Assembly: GCA_951406725.2 (NCBI GenBank)
Contig: OX597814.1
Span: 114,018,001-114,082,000 of the forward strand
Direction of reading: 5' to 3'
Length of the DNA stretch: 64,000 nucleotides
Origin: Octopus vulgaris
Taxonomy: Eukaryota
The position numbers were made by a program, and so were the translations under genes. Positions 52,062 through 64,000 of this stretch are shown piece after piece (position 1 is the first letter of the stretch; every line of letters starts with the position of its first letter). Under the pieces are notes generated by a model. It did not search any database and was not told the DNA's origin. It saw nothing but the letters and a program-made list of their open reading frames with translations.

Positions 52062-53847
52062 GCTTCTTGGATTATTTTATTAACTAACGGAGTTTGGTGT
52101 GTTACGACGGACAATGATCATAGATCAGAACAGCGAGAATTGAAACGAGAAATGTAGAAAAGATACAGGGAAAGACTGAGGAAAGGGGAAAAAGAAGAAA
52201 TAAGAATTAGGAATAAAGCTAGGAGAATCAGAAACGGCGAGAGGCATTAAACTAGGAGAAAAGGAATGAATTAATGCAAACAAAAAAAAATTCAAAATGG
52301 AGTTACGAGTCGTATGACGAACGACAAAGCTGCAGCTAATGGGGAAAGAATGAGAATTGTTAATTAAAAACTAAGACAAGATATGAACAATGATGAGAGG
52401 CAAGAATATTTTGCATAGGCCAGAATGAGAAAGCAGGCTAGAAAACAGGCTCGAAGAGAATAGACAAGATTTCTTATAAATTAATCAAGAGTTTGTAATG
52501 AATCTTGCATGCATGAAGTGGATTCGATCCACCATGGCCAAATTTAAATTAACACTGCAACAGAACTTTTCCCACGATGGAACAATGGTTTTTCTCTGAC
52601 AGCAGTTTTACATTTTCCAGATGCCTTTAGCTAGGCCGAAATAATGTCTTCACTACTTGACCCTTTCTAACCTCTTCTACTTCACCAAAAGCTAGAATAG
52701 ATAACAAGAACACCAACTAAATTTATTGTTCTTAATGATATATCTATCCTTCTGGATAGTTATATAAGCAATCATAGCCCAAGCAAAAATCAGTTAGCCA
52801 CCTTGGTGACAAACACGTGAGTTGAAAGAGAGCTAACATCAGTTAGTGAACCGACCATTAGGATCATGGAAGCAGGCAGACTAAACGGCCAGAGGGAAAA
52901 AGAAAGACAACGTCCCACACTTTCTCACTCTCACTAGCTCCAATTCTGTTCTCTTACAACTTCATTATATCTGTCTCCGCAATTACTACTAAACAATGAA
53001 GAGAACCCAAACACAAACTTTACTTCACATGCTTTGGATTTATCATTAACCTGCTCGTCGAGGCAAGGTATTTGCAACGTAACGGTAAATAGATATTTCC
53101 TTAAAACTTCATGATTTGTTCATCATTCACATCTTACCACATGCAATCATAATAACTTTTTATCGTCTTAACAGCTGACCACAACATATCATAATATTGT
53201 GCACCAAATCAATTATTACCGTTACAAGTTTATGAAAGAAATGAGACGATTTTAGTGTGGAGATGTTTATAACTGACACTGTAGCATAAAACGGTGCATG
53301 GAATTTCCAACAGTTCTGCCAGAATACATGACAGTTCAATATATGTAAGTATGAATGGGTGATTAAGAAGTTCTTTCACAACCTGCTAGTTTCAGATTCT
53401 GTCCTTCAGCGTAGCATCTTGAGCGTGCTTTTTCGTATACAGCCCCAAACCAATAAAATCCGATGTGAATAAATTTGGCTGGCAGGAATTATATGCTAGT
53501 CAGTTGTGTTTATGTATCTGCATGTGTGTGTGTGTGTGTGTGAGACAAGTGATAACATCTGATAGTCTGGTTGATCATATATAAAAATTAAGGAAATAGG
53601 TTTTTGGGAGATCTCTTATTATGACTGACTTTTATTCTATTATTGTAACATCTTCTGAAATTTATATATATACTTGTATAAATGCACACAGAAACATACA
53701 AATATATATACACACACATACATTTGTACAGAGTTAGTCTTATATACATCCTATACAGAATATTGCTAACATTCGTACACATACACACCAATCGTACACA
53801 TACACACCGTTTATTAATTGAAATGCCTTAAGTCAAAGGCAGATATA

Positions 53848-54850
53848 TATGGCTATATGTTAAGAAGTTTGCTTCCCAACCACATGGTTCCGGGTTCAGT
53901 CCCACTTCGTGGCACCTTGGGAAAGTGTCTTCTACTGTAGCTTCGGTTCGACCAAAGCCTTGTGAGTGGATTTGGTAGACGGAAACTAAAATAAGCCCGT
54001 TGTATGTATTTATATATGTATGTGTGTGTATGTATGAATTTGTGTGTCTGTGTTTGTCACCCCACTAGCGTTTGGCAACCGATGTTGGAGTGTTTACGTC
54101 CCCATAACTTAACTTAGCGATCCTACAAAGAGTAGGTCTTGGGGTCAATTTGTTCGACTAAAGGCGGTGCTACAGCATGGCCGCAGCCAAATGACAGAAA
54201 CAAGTAAAAGAATGAAAAATATATTTATATATGTGTGTGTGCATGTGTGTGAGAGATGGGGTGGGGAGAAAGAGTGTGTATGTCTGTCTGTGTGTGTGTG
54301 TGTGCTAGGGGTCGGCAAAAACATAACAGAACTGAAAGCAAATACTATAATCGACTTGTTCGGCTAAACATTCCAACTCAGTTACCTAGGAGGGCCGCAG
54401 TCCAATGATTGAAACAAATGAAAGAGAGGATACACACACATACTCTTTTCCTCTTTTACTCTTTAACTTGTTTCAGTCATTTGGCTGCGGCCATGCTGGA
54501 GCACCGCCTTTTAGTCGAGCAAATCGACCGCAGGACTTATTCCTTGGAAGCCTAGTACTTATTCTATCGGTCTCTTTTACCGAACCGCCAAGCTACGGGG
54601 ACGCAAACACACCAGCATCGGCTGTCAAGCGATGCTGGGGGGAAAAACACACACACAAACACACACACACATATATACATATATACGACAGGTTTCTTTC
54701 AGTTTCTGTCTACCAAATCCACCCACAAGGCTTTGGTCGGCTCGAGGCTATAGGAGAAGACACTTGCCCAAGGTTCCATGCAGTGGGACTGAACCCGGAA
54801 CCATGTGGTTGGTAAGCAAGCTACTTACCACACAGCCACTTTTGCGCCTA
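53848..54850. mobile_element. Two SINE B copies in inverted orientation (53848-54215 +; 54440-54850 -)
   Basis: Both match the family B consensus. Confidence 0.8.
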
Positions 54851-55228
54851 TGCATACATATATAAATAAATACATGCATAAATACATAACACACACACAC
54901 ACAGACACACACACACACACACATCCACCTACACGTGACTGCCAGTCTTTCTTTTCTAAATATGAAAATACAAATATTTTGTGCAATATGAACATTTTTA
55001 TTCATTTTCAAAAATGTATAAGTTATAATACAACTGAAAAAAAAAAGAGTGGTTTCACTATCGAATTTTTCTCTTCTAAATTAAAATTCCATTGATTAAA
55101 TTAACCAATTGAATGTCTGTTTACCTAATGCCTCGAGATACAATTCCGATTAATCGGTAACGGCTATTCTTGTAATATATAACCAGTTATAGCTCCAGTT
55201 ATTAATAACCAGTCCACCATTGAACTGC

Positions 55229-55311
<83 letters not shown>

Positions 55312-55822
55312 TGTATATATATATCTTGTTCGGAATGGAGTATAAATGGAAAGCTGATAGTTCCATAACCTGAATCTGATGCATTTGTGTTATAAATTCT
55401 TATAAACGACTCTTTCAATGCACAAATATATCTGCCTTTGACCTGAGGCATTTCAATTAATAGAAGCTGTCTTTATTACTGGACGAGAACGGTGCGTATG
55501 TGTACGATCGGTGTGTATGTGTATGAATATTAGCAGTATTCTGTATAGTTCAATGATATGAAGATGATGTGCTTGCCAGCTCATTAAACGTTAGATATCT
55601 CACGCCCCGCTCTAATTAGCGGTTTCTAATTTAGATATAAAACTAGTAATTTTGTAACGAGCGGTTTTGTTGATAATATCCACCTCAATACATGACTGCC
55701 TATATTTTCACGACCCCGAAAAGATGAAAGGCAAAGTTGATCTCAGAACGTAAAGAGCTAGAACGAATAGTGCAAAGCATCTTTCCTGATTCTAAGAATT
55801 TGGCCAGCTCGGCGCCCTTAAC

Positions 55823-55878
<56 letters not shown>

Positions 55879-56593
55879 GTAAATAACTAACAAGGGTGTC
55901 CCGGTATTAGTGCATTACGGCCGTTTCAAACTGCTCCATTTAATCGGGCAGTGCAAGCATTAGATCAATTTGAAATAAATCGCTCTCCTCGGACGCACAA
56001 GACCATATAGGTTTTCAATATACAGGATACTCCTTTAAATTTTTTAGCAAATTTTTCATCAGAACTTGAGGATAAAAGAATTACAATGTTACTGCTATTA
56101 TTGTAGCAGAATGAACTTAGAGAGAAAATACTTAAAGCCTACTATAATTTAGAGTAGCTGAAGGAAATAACAATTGGGATTAAGAGAGAGTAGTGGTGAT
56201 ATAGCTACATTCATTTTTATCCTTTTCATAATCATATATATGTAAATATATATATATATTGTGAAGTATATTTGCCACCTAAGTGTGGCTGACCCTTAAA
56301 GGTCGATGCTACTGTAGCTTGTAGCTCCAGGAAGACAACTCCTCCAGCTGGCTATTGACACACTATCTGTGTCCTGTCAGTATTTTCAAAGGGAAGTTTA
56401 CGTTCCCATATCCAGCCTAACGTGGTACACACGGACCCGAGTGTATGTATGTATAAATGTGTGTGTATGTATTTATATATATGTGTGTGTATGTGTGTGT
56501 GTGTGTATATATGCATGTGTATGTGAATATATATAATATGTATGTATGTATATATATTATATATATAAGTATATTTATATGTATATATGTATA

Positions 56594-56684
<91 letters not shown>

Positions 56685-56686
56685 GT

Positions 56687-57090
56687 AGGCAGGAGTGGCT
56701 GTGTGATAAGTAACTTGATTACTGACCATATAGTTCCGAGTTCAGTACCACAGTGTCACACCTTGAACAAGTGTCTTCTACTATAGCTTTGGGCTGACCA
56801 AAGCTATGTGAGTGAATTTGGTAGAAGGAAACTGAAGGAAGTCTGTCGTGTGTGTGTATATATATACATACATATATAATAGGGAGTAATAAAATGTTGA
56901 CAACTGATGAGAAGTTAGACTGCTTTTGGTATTTTGTCTCGTACTTGTCTCTCGTTATGTGTTTACGTATTTTTCACTCGTTATTGATGTCCTCTTCTTA
57001 TTGTGTATTTTTTGATATTTTGTCCTGTACTTATTTCTCGTATGTTTACGTGCTTTTCGCTCGTTGGTGATGTCCTGTACTTAATGTGTT

Positions 57091-57121
<31 letters not shown>

Positions 57122-57325
57122 TGTGTGTGTGTGTGTGTTTGTGTGTGTGTCTTTGTCCCCCACCATCGCTTGACAACAGATATTAGCGGTTTTGGCAAAA
57201 AGAGACCGATAGAATAAGTACTAGACTTCCAAAGAATAAGTCCTGGGGTCGGTTTGTTTGTCTAAAGGCAGTGCTCCAGCATGACCGCAGTCAAATAACT
57301 GAAACAAACAAAAGAATAAAAGAAT
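56687..57325 (+). mobile_element. SINE family B split by an insertion in its central microsatellite
   Basis: 5' half at 56687-56850, 3' half at ~57140-57325, unrelated T-rich sequence between. Confidence 0.7.
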
Positions 57326-57427
57326 ATATACATGTTAATATACATACGGTTATATATAGAGAAAAAGAAAAGCTAAAATTAGTCAGATGAACAATCATGC
57401 ATAAGGATGTAGATATTTATATATTTA

Positions 57428-57838
57428 CAATGTTATTATCAGTCCAAATATGCATGAGGCACGTTCAAACTGAGGAACAAGCTACTCACTGTGTTTTATC
57501 ACGGGGAATATATCTCGCTTATTGACAAATGGTGTGTACACACCTAGACCAGATCGAAGCGCCACCTACCTAGAGTGTGAAATGTTAGCATTTCGGAGTA
57601 GTTATATCCTAATCAGTCACAGATACCTGGTAGCAGCGTCTGCCTCATGTCTGTGGCTGATGAGGTGATAATTACTCCGAAATGCTATCATCTCTAGGTA
57701 TATGGCATTCGAGCTGATCTAGGTGCATACACACCATTTGTCAACAAGCGAGATATATTATCCGTGACTAAACGCAGTAAGTAGCTTGTTTCCAAGTTCG
57801 AACGTACATCGAACATATTTGAACTGATAATAACATTG
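57428..57838. mobile_element. ~410-bp fold-back element with hammerhead-like cores next to the apex
   Basis: Arms of ~200 bp (CAATGTTATTATCAG... and ...CTGATAATAACATTG). CTGATGA-GG..CC-GAAA at 57657-57682 is mirrored on the minus strand at ~57581-57616. Confidence 0.8.
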
Positions 57839-58159
57839 CAATTTTACTTATCACTGCTCTACGCCCCGCACCACCACCTCCGTAATTATATATTTACAGG
57901 ACAGATTTACATGGAGAACAAAAGATACAGAAAACTAAGGGGCGAGGGCACGATATTTCAGGTCCGACAGCTGTTTCTGGGGACTTGGAATTACGCAGTA
58001 GTTGTAAAGCTGGTAGATGGATTGTGCGAAAAGTCAAAGATATACAACCAGTAATGGATGCATATAAATTCTACCGTAAATCCGGCTTCCGTCTGTATGT
58101 TTTATATATCAAATCCAAGCGTATTTCTTTCTTTATTTGCATCACTCACCCCACTCTCG

Positions 58160-58236
<77 letters not shown>

Positions 58237-58517
58237 TATATATACAACAAGAAATAATATTTGTCTCATTTTATAGAAACAAAAGGGTTTATAGGGTTTA
58301 TATTAGCAAAAGAAGTGCTCAAATATAAATGAGGCGAAGATAAAGAAACATTGGTTATAAAACAAACATTAAATTTGGGTTAACGACTTCACATTCAACA
58401 CCACCCCTCAAACATTTAATCATATATAAAAAAATTACCATGGTTCCCAAACATAAAAATAATACATATACATAAAATCACAGAAGGTAAAAAGTATATA
58501 ATCGAATATATATATAT

Positions 58518-58742
58518 ACTTTTACTTGTTTCAGTCATTTGACTGTGGCCGTAATGGAGCACCGCCTTTAGTCGAGCAAATTGACCCCAGGACTTATTCT
58601 TTGTAAGCCTAGTACTTATTCTATGGGTCTCTTTTGCCGAACCGCTAAGTTACGGGGACGTAAACACACCATCATTGGTTGTCAAGCGATGTTGTGGGGA
58701 CAAACACAGAAACACAACATATACACACACATACATACATAC

Positions 58743-58804
<62 letters not shown>

Positions 58805-58849
58805 TACATATATATATACATATGTGTATATATATATACATATATATAT

Positions 58850-58900
<51 letters not shown>

Positions 58901-59088
58901 TATATACACATATATACGACTGACTTCTTTCAGTTTCCATATACCAAATCCACTCACGAGGCTTTGGTCGGACCGAGGCTATAGTAGAAGACACTTGTAC
59001 AAGGTGCCATGCGGTGGGACTGAACCAGAATCATATGGTTGGGAAGCAAATTCCTTACCACACAAGCACGCAACCACGCCTGCGCCTA
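58518..59088 (-). mobile_element. SINE family B with expanded internal (TA)n
   Basis: Both halves flank ~200 bp of TA/CA repeats. Confidence 0.85.
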
Positions 59089-59303
59089 TTTACTGATTAA
59101 AATCAGAACATAGAAGCAAGCTGATGATGGCCGGCTGAATACTTTAGCTGGTCTTGGTTCTCATCTTTAACCACTCTCTTCAATTTTATCACTAATGTAC
59201 TTGAAAGAATTATTAACTTCATAAAATATAATTATATCTGCCAAAGATTCTGAGGTATGGCTTCTTATATAAGAAATCAATTCTCCAGACATAAATATAC
59301 CGT

Positions 59304-59349
<46 letters not shown>

Positions 59350-59386
59350 CATACATATATATGTATGTATATGTATGTATATATAT

Positions 59387-59459
<73 letters not shown>

Positions 59460-59483
59460 CATATATATGTATGTATGTATATG

Positions 59484-59556
<73 letters not shown>

Positions 59557-59947
59557 TAGATAATGCAATAAACTGTGCGAATAGAGTTAAAAACGAATAG
59601 ATTTTAAATTATTCTGCTTTGGAATTTCTCAATAAATTCCAAGCAAGCTGAAGATGATATGAATATATAGAAACTGTCTGCAAAAATCGAAGACAATTCT
59701 TGTCACATACATTACGTCGTTAACAATTAACCTTTTCGCTTGGAAGGTTTCGTAAAATATCACCATCTGGTTTTGAAATGATCTTTATGGCCACAACTAA
59801 AAGTACTTTACGGAGGATTATTTTGGCGAATGATATCAGCTAATAAAGCTTTCAGTTTTCGTCATTGTTATTGGTTTTGGAAGATTTCCTGAGAAGTGCT
59901 GTTCTTAGATAGGAGCGTTTTCAATAACGTGACTAATTCCCATCAGA

Positions 59948-60014
<67 letters not shown>

Positions 60015-60188
60015 TAAGATAGAAGAAAATGAAAATGAAAATGAAATCGTGAGAAGGTGAGTGGTGAGAAAGAAATTGAGCGAAAAAGAGAGTGGTGAGT
60101 GAATGTCAAATATTCGCGCTTTTTTCTTTAATAAACATCACAGGCTTAAATCTTATGCAGTTAAGCAACTCGTTTTACAACAGCACAC

Positions 60189-60275
<87 letters not shown>

Positions 60276-60340
60276 CACACACAAATATATATACATGTTA
60301 ATATATATATATATATATACACACGTACACACACATATAT

Positions 60341-60590
60341 ACCAGATCTGATAAAAGTATCGGGACTGTTGCTATAGTAACAAAGTTAAGATACTTAGAG
60401 TGAAGCCGCTCGACACAGATTGACCTTGAACTTTGTCGCGCATGCACACTAATTTATAATATTCTCCCTCACTTCCGTTGTTTATAGCAGTGCTTGGAAG
60501 TAGAGTGTGTAGAGTTTGGTCATCTCCAAAAGAAGATCGAGTTTCAGCTGCACAGAATCTCGCTGGTTGTGTCGAGGAAGACTAAAACAT
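60341..60590 (+). mobile_element. mariner-type element left end (degenerate)
   Basis: TIR-like TACCAGATCTGATAAAAGTATCGGGACTG, similar to 5477 and 61028. Confidence 0.45.
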
Positions 60591-60605
60591 TTTGAAAACA
60601 GTCAG

Positions 60606-60875
60606 AGCAGGAGTGGTTGCGTGGCACCTTGGGCAAGTGTCTTCTACTATAGCCTCGGGCCGACCAAAGCCTTGTGAGTGGATTCGGTAGACGGAAACTG
60701 AAAGAAGACTGTCGTATATATGTATATATATATGGTGGTTCGGCAAAAGAGACCGATAGAATAAGTATTAGGCTTACAAAGAATAAGTCCTGGGGTCGAT
60801 TTGCTCGACTAAAGGCGGTGCTCCAGCATGATCACAGTCAAATGACTGAAACAAGTAAAAGAGTATAAAAGAGTA
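60606..60875 (+). mobile_element. SINE family B (internally deleted)
   Basis: Consensus match. Confidence 0.8.
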
Positions 60876-60975
60876 CTTATTCTACCGGTCTCTTTTGCCA
60901 AACCGCTAGACTATATGGACGCAAACAAACCTACATCGGTTGTCAAAGCATTATGTGGGTGAAGCAAACACACAC

Positions 60976-61024
<49 letters not shown>

Positions 61025-61029
<5 letters not shown>

Positions 61030-61280
61030 GCCTGATAAAAAAAAGTATTCAGACTGGTGCTATGAAAAGAAAACTAAAACAGATATCAGTTTGGCCTTTA
61101 ATCCCCATCAAACTGGTCCCCCCACCCCGAAGCCACGCACTTTATTCACCACCATTTCCATTGATGGAAGCAATCCTGGAATGCCCTGTCGCATTCTTTT
61201 GGATTTCCTCGCCGTCTTGGAATGCTGGTCCTTTCAAGTGGGACGTCTTTCAAGCCATAGACCCACGATTCGTCATCTGC
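61025..61280 (-). mobile_element. Internally deleted mariner transposon remnant
   Basis: Minus strand DDESWVYG (first catalytic D motif) joined to LKG..FQDGEEIQKNAT..FQDCFHQWK..KCVAS.GDQFDGD*, the mariner C-terminus, then a TIR at ~61028. Confidence 0.75.
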
Positions 61281-61286
61281 TTTACC

Positions 61287-61484
61287 CTTTTACTCTTTCA
61301 CTTGTTTCAGTCGTTTGACTGCGGTCATGCTGGAGCACCACCTTTAGTCGAGCAAATCGACCCCAGGACTTATTCTTTGTAAGCCTAGTACTTATTCTGT
61401 CGGTCTCTTTTGCCGAATCACTAAGTTACGGGAACGTAAACACACCAGCATCGGTTGTCAAGCGATGCTGGAGGTACAAACACA

Positions 61485-61576
<92 letters not shown>

Positions 61577-61655
61577 TACGATGGGCTTCTTTCAGAACCC
61601 GGAACCATGTGGTTGGTAAGCAAGTTACTTACCACACAGCCACTCCTGCGCCTAT
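61287..61655 (-). mobile_element. SINE family B
   Basis: Consensus match with internal (CA)n(TA)n. Confidence 0.85.
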
Positions 61656-62809
61656 ATAGTACTGTATATAGATTTTAAAAAAAAGATATATGTACCGGAG
61701 TCGATTTGTTTGATTAAATCTTCCAAAGCGATGCTCCAGCACGGCCGCAGTCAAATGGTGAAACAAGCAAAGGATAAAAGATAAAAATATAATTAAAAAC
61801 ATAAACACAAATGCAACTACTTTAAATGATCAAAGCATTTTTAAGACGCTGGTATTTCACTAAAACAAGAAAACTCGCAACAGAATTCATTAGAATCATT
61901 GCAAAAATTACAACAAAACATTCTGCAATTGTGAATACTTTCCGAGAGTTTGATATTTAGCTAAAATAGCAGAATTTTCATTGCAATTATCTTATTGTTA
62001 AATAAACCGCCATTGCAATATATGAATTGATAAAACCAACAACATCAACGAACTTTAACGAACAGCAAATACATTTACAAGAGAAACAACAACAATAATA
62101 GCAACAACAACAACAAGTAAAACAACAGCAGTGATCAAAACAGCTACAGTAACAAGATGAGTAAACAACAAGAGTAAAAACAGCAAATAGAGCAAATTTT
62201 AGAGATGGTAGTTGAAAGGAAATCATTCTATTTAAGTGGGAAATAATTTGGTTTATGAACAAGGATTGTGTTTTAGTATTGTATTTTAGTGGTGAGATGT
62301 ACACTTCGATAAGTATTGATTGGTTATTTCCCGAATTACATTATATTGTTTAAATAGCTTTTCAAATTTGTGCATATTTCTTGTGGTATTTTTGTTTATT
62401 ATCCAGAGAGAAAAATCACATCAATTTCTCGACCATCCCCTTTTCTCTTATTTCGATTACTCATGCAGGCGCAGGCATGGTAAGAAGTTTGGTTCCCTAC
62501 CGCGCAATTCTGGGTTCAGTCCTATTACATAACATTTTGAGCAAGTATCGTCTACTATAGCTCCGGGTCAGCGAAAGCCTTGTGAATGGATTTACTAAAC
62601 AAAGACAAATGATAGCCGTCCCATTAACACACACACCACACCCCATCACAAAGCACAATCACTCCGTTGATGAGTCTTTAGTTGACCCTTAAGACCAGCT
62701 GCTGACTGACAGGGTTTAAAGCACAAGTGACAGATATTATTCAAGTTTCTTCTATATCTTTGCCTTTCGGAATTTGATTCTGAAGGAATGATTTTTTGTG
62801 AACTAACAT

Positions 62810-62973
62810 AAGCGTAGGAGTAGCTGTGTGGTAAATAGCTTGCTTACCTACCACATGGTTCCGGGTTCAGAACCACTGCGTGGCACCTTGAGCGTGAGTC
62901 TTCTACTATAGCCTCAGGCCGACCAAAGCCTTGAGTGGATTTGATAGACGGAAACTGAAAGAAGCCCGTCGTA

Positions 62974-63060
<87 letters not shown>

Positions 63061-63261
63061 ATGTGTTTGTGCCCCACATCGCTTGACAACCGATGCTGGT
63101 GTGTTTACGTCCCCGTAACTTAGCGGTTCGGCAAAAGAGACCGATAGAATAAGTACTAGGCTAACAAAAAATAAGTCCTGGGGTCGATTTGCTCGAACAA
63201 AGGCGGTGCTCCAGCATGGCTGCAGTCAAATGACTGAAACAAGTAAAAGAGTAAAAGAGTA
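62810..63261 (+). mobile_element. SINE family B reference copy (tRNA head, CORE-like segment, internal (TA)n(TG)n, (AAAAGAGT)n tail)
   Basis: GGAGTAGCTGTGTGGTAA (A box), GGTTCAG (B-box-like), GGCACCTTG.. CORE-like segment, tail AAGTAAAAGAGTAAAAGAGT. Confidence 0.88.
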
Positions 63262-63479
63262 GCATATGTCTTTGAAGTCCAGATATTGTCTTTCAAGGTT
63301 TGTGACATATGACACAAGCCATAAGAGGGGGTTGATGGTCAAGATTATAACCTACCTGGGCATTTCGATCTTCATGTCACTTCATATGATTCCCGTATTC
63401 TGTTTTAGACAACAGAACACGATTAACCTTAATACATATCCAATATTCACTGCTAATTTCAGTTCCAATTGTTTCTTTG

Positions 63480-63650
63480 CGACAGGCCCTTTTAAGCTCA
63501 GAATGCTGAATCATATTTTCCTTCCAGGCATTGCAACAAGGCTTAACAACACCTCTCCACTTGTTCCGCTCTAGAACATCAATTTCTCAACGAATTTTGT
63601 TCACATCTAGTTTCTTCAGGTTTTCCTTCACACAGGGCAGAAGAACTCAT
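63480..63650 (-). mobile_element. Possible RTE-LINE C-terminal remnant
   Basis: Minus strand CVKENLKKLD...LERNKWRGVVK resembles the RTE ORF end. Very degenerate. Confidence 0.35.
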
Positions 63651-63798
63651 GTATATTCAACGGCCAACCAACATTATGTGTATGTATGTATGTATGTATG
63701 TATGTATGTATGTATGTATGTATGTATGTATGTATGTATGTATGTATGTATGTATCTATCTATCTATCTATCTATCTACCTATCCATCCAGCTATCTG

Positions 63799-64000
<202 letters not shown>

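Overview
This is AT-rich eukaryotic DNA that looks intergenic or intronic. It is saturated with microsatellites ((TA)n, (CA)n, (TACA)n, (TAA)n, (GAT)n) and transposable elements. The SINE repertoire and repeat density suggest an octopus or other coleoid cephalopod genome (inference). No intact host gene is evident, and almost all ORF-track entries are microsatellite artefacts. One weak terminal-exon candidate lies at 50.7-50.9 kb (-). Recognisable elements: (1) a GC-rich, 5'-deleted LTR retrotransposon with RT-RNase H-DDE integrase, a PPT-like tract and a TGTGG...CCACA LTR, whose RNase H is atypical for Ty3/Gypsy; (2) a stack of R4/Dong-type RLE LINE copies of two subfamilies inside (TAA)n arrays; (3) a Penelope-like GIY-YIG remnant between direct pseudo-LTRs; (4) a complete non-autonomous Helitron; (5) mariner, pogo and hAT MITEs, CR1 and RTE remnants, and at least four tRNA-SINE families. 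The most interesting signals are four minimal hammerhead-ribozyme motifs sharing a non-canonical CUG-U-N-GA core, hairpin elements folded around hammerhead-like cores, several elements that each sit in their own microsatellite class, and the unusual LTR element. Coordinates were read by eye and element edges are approximate.
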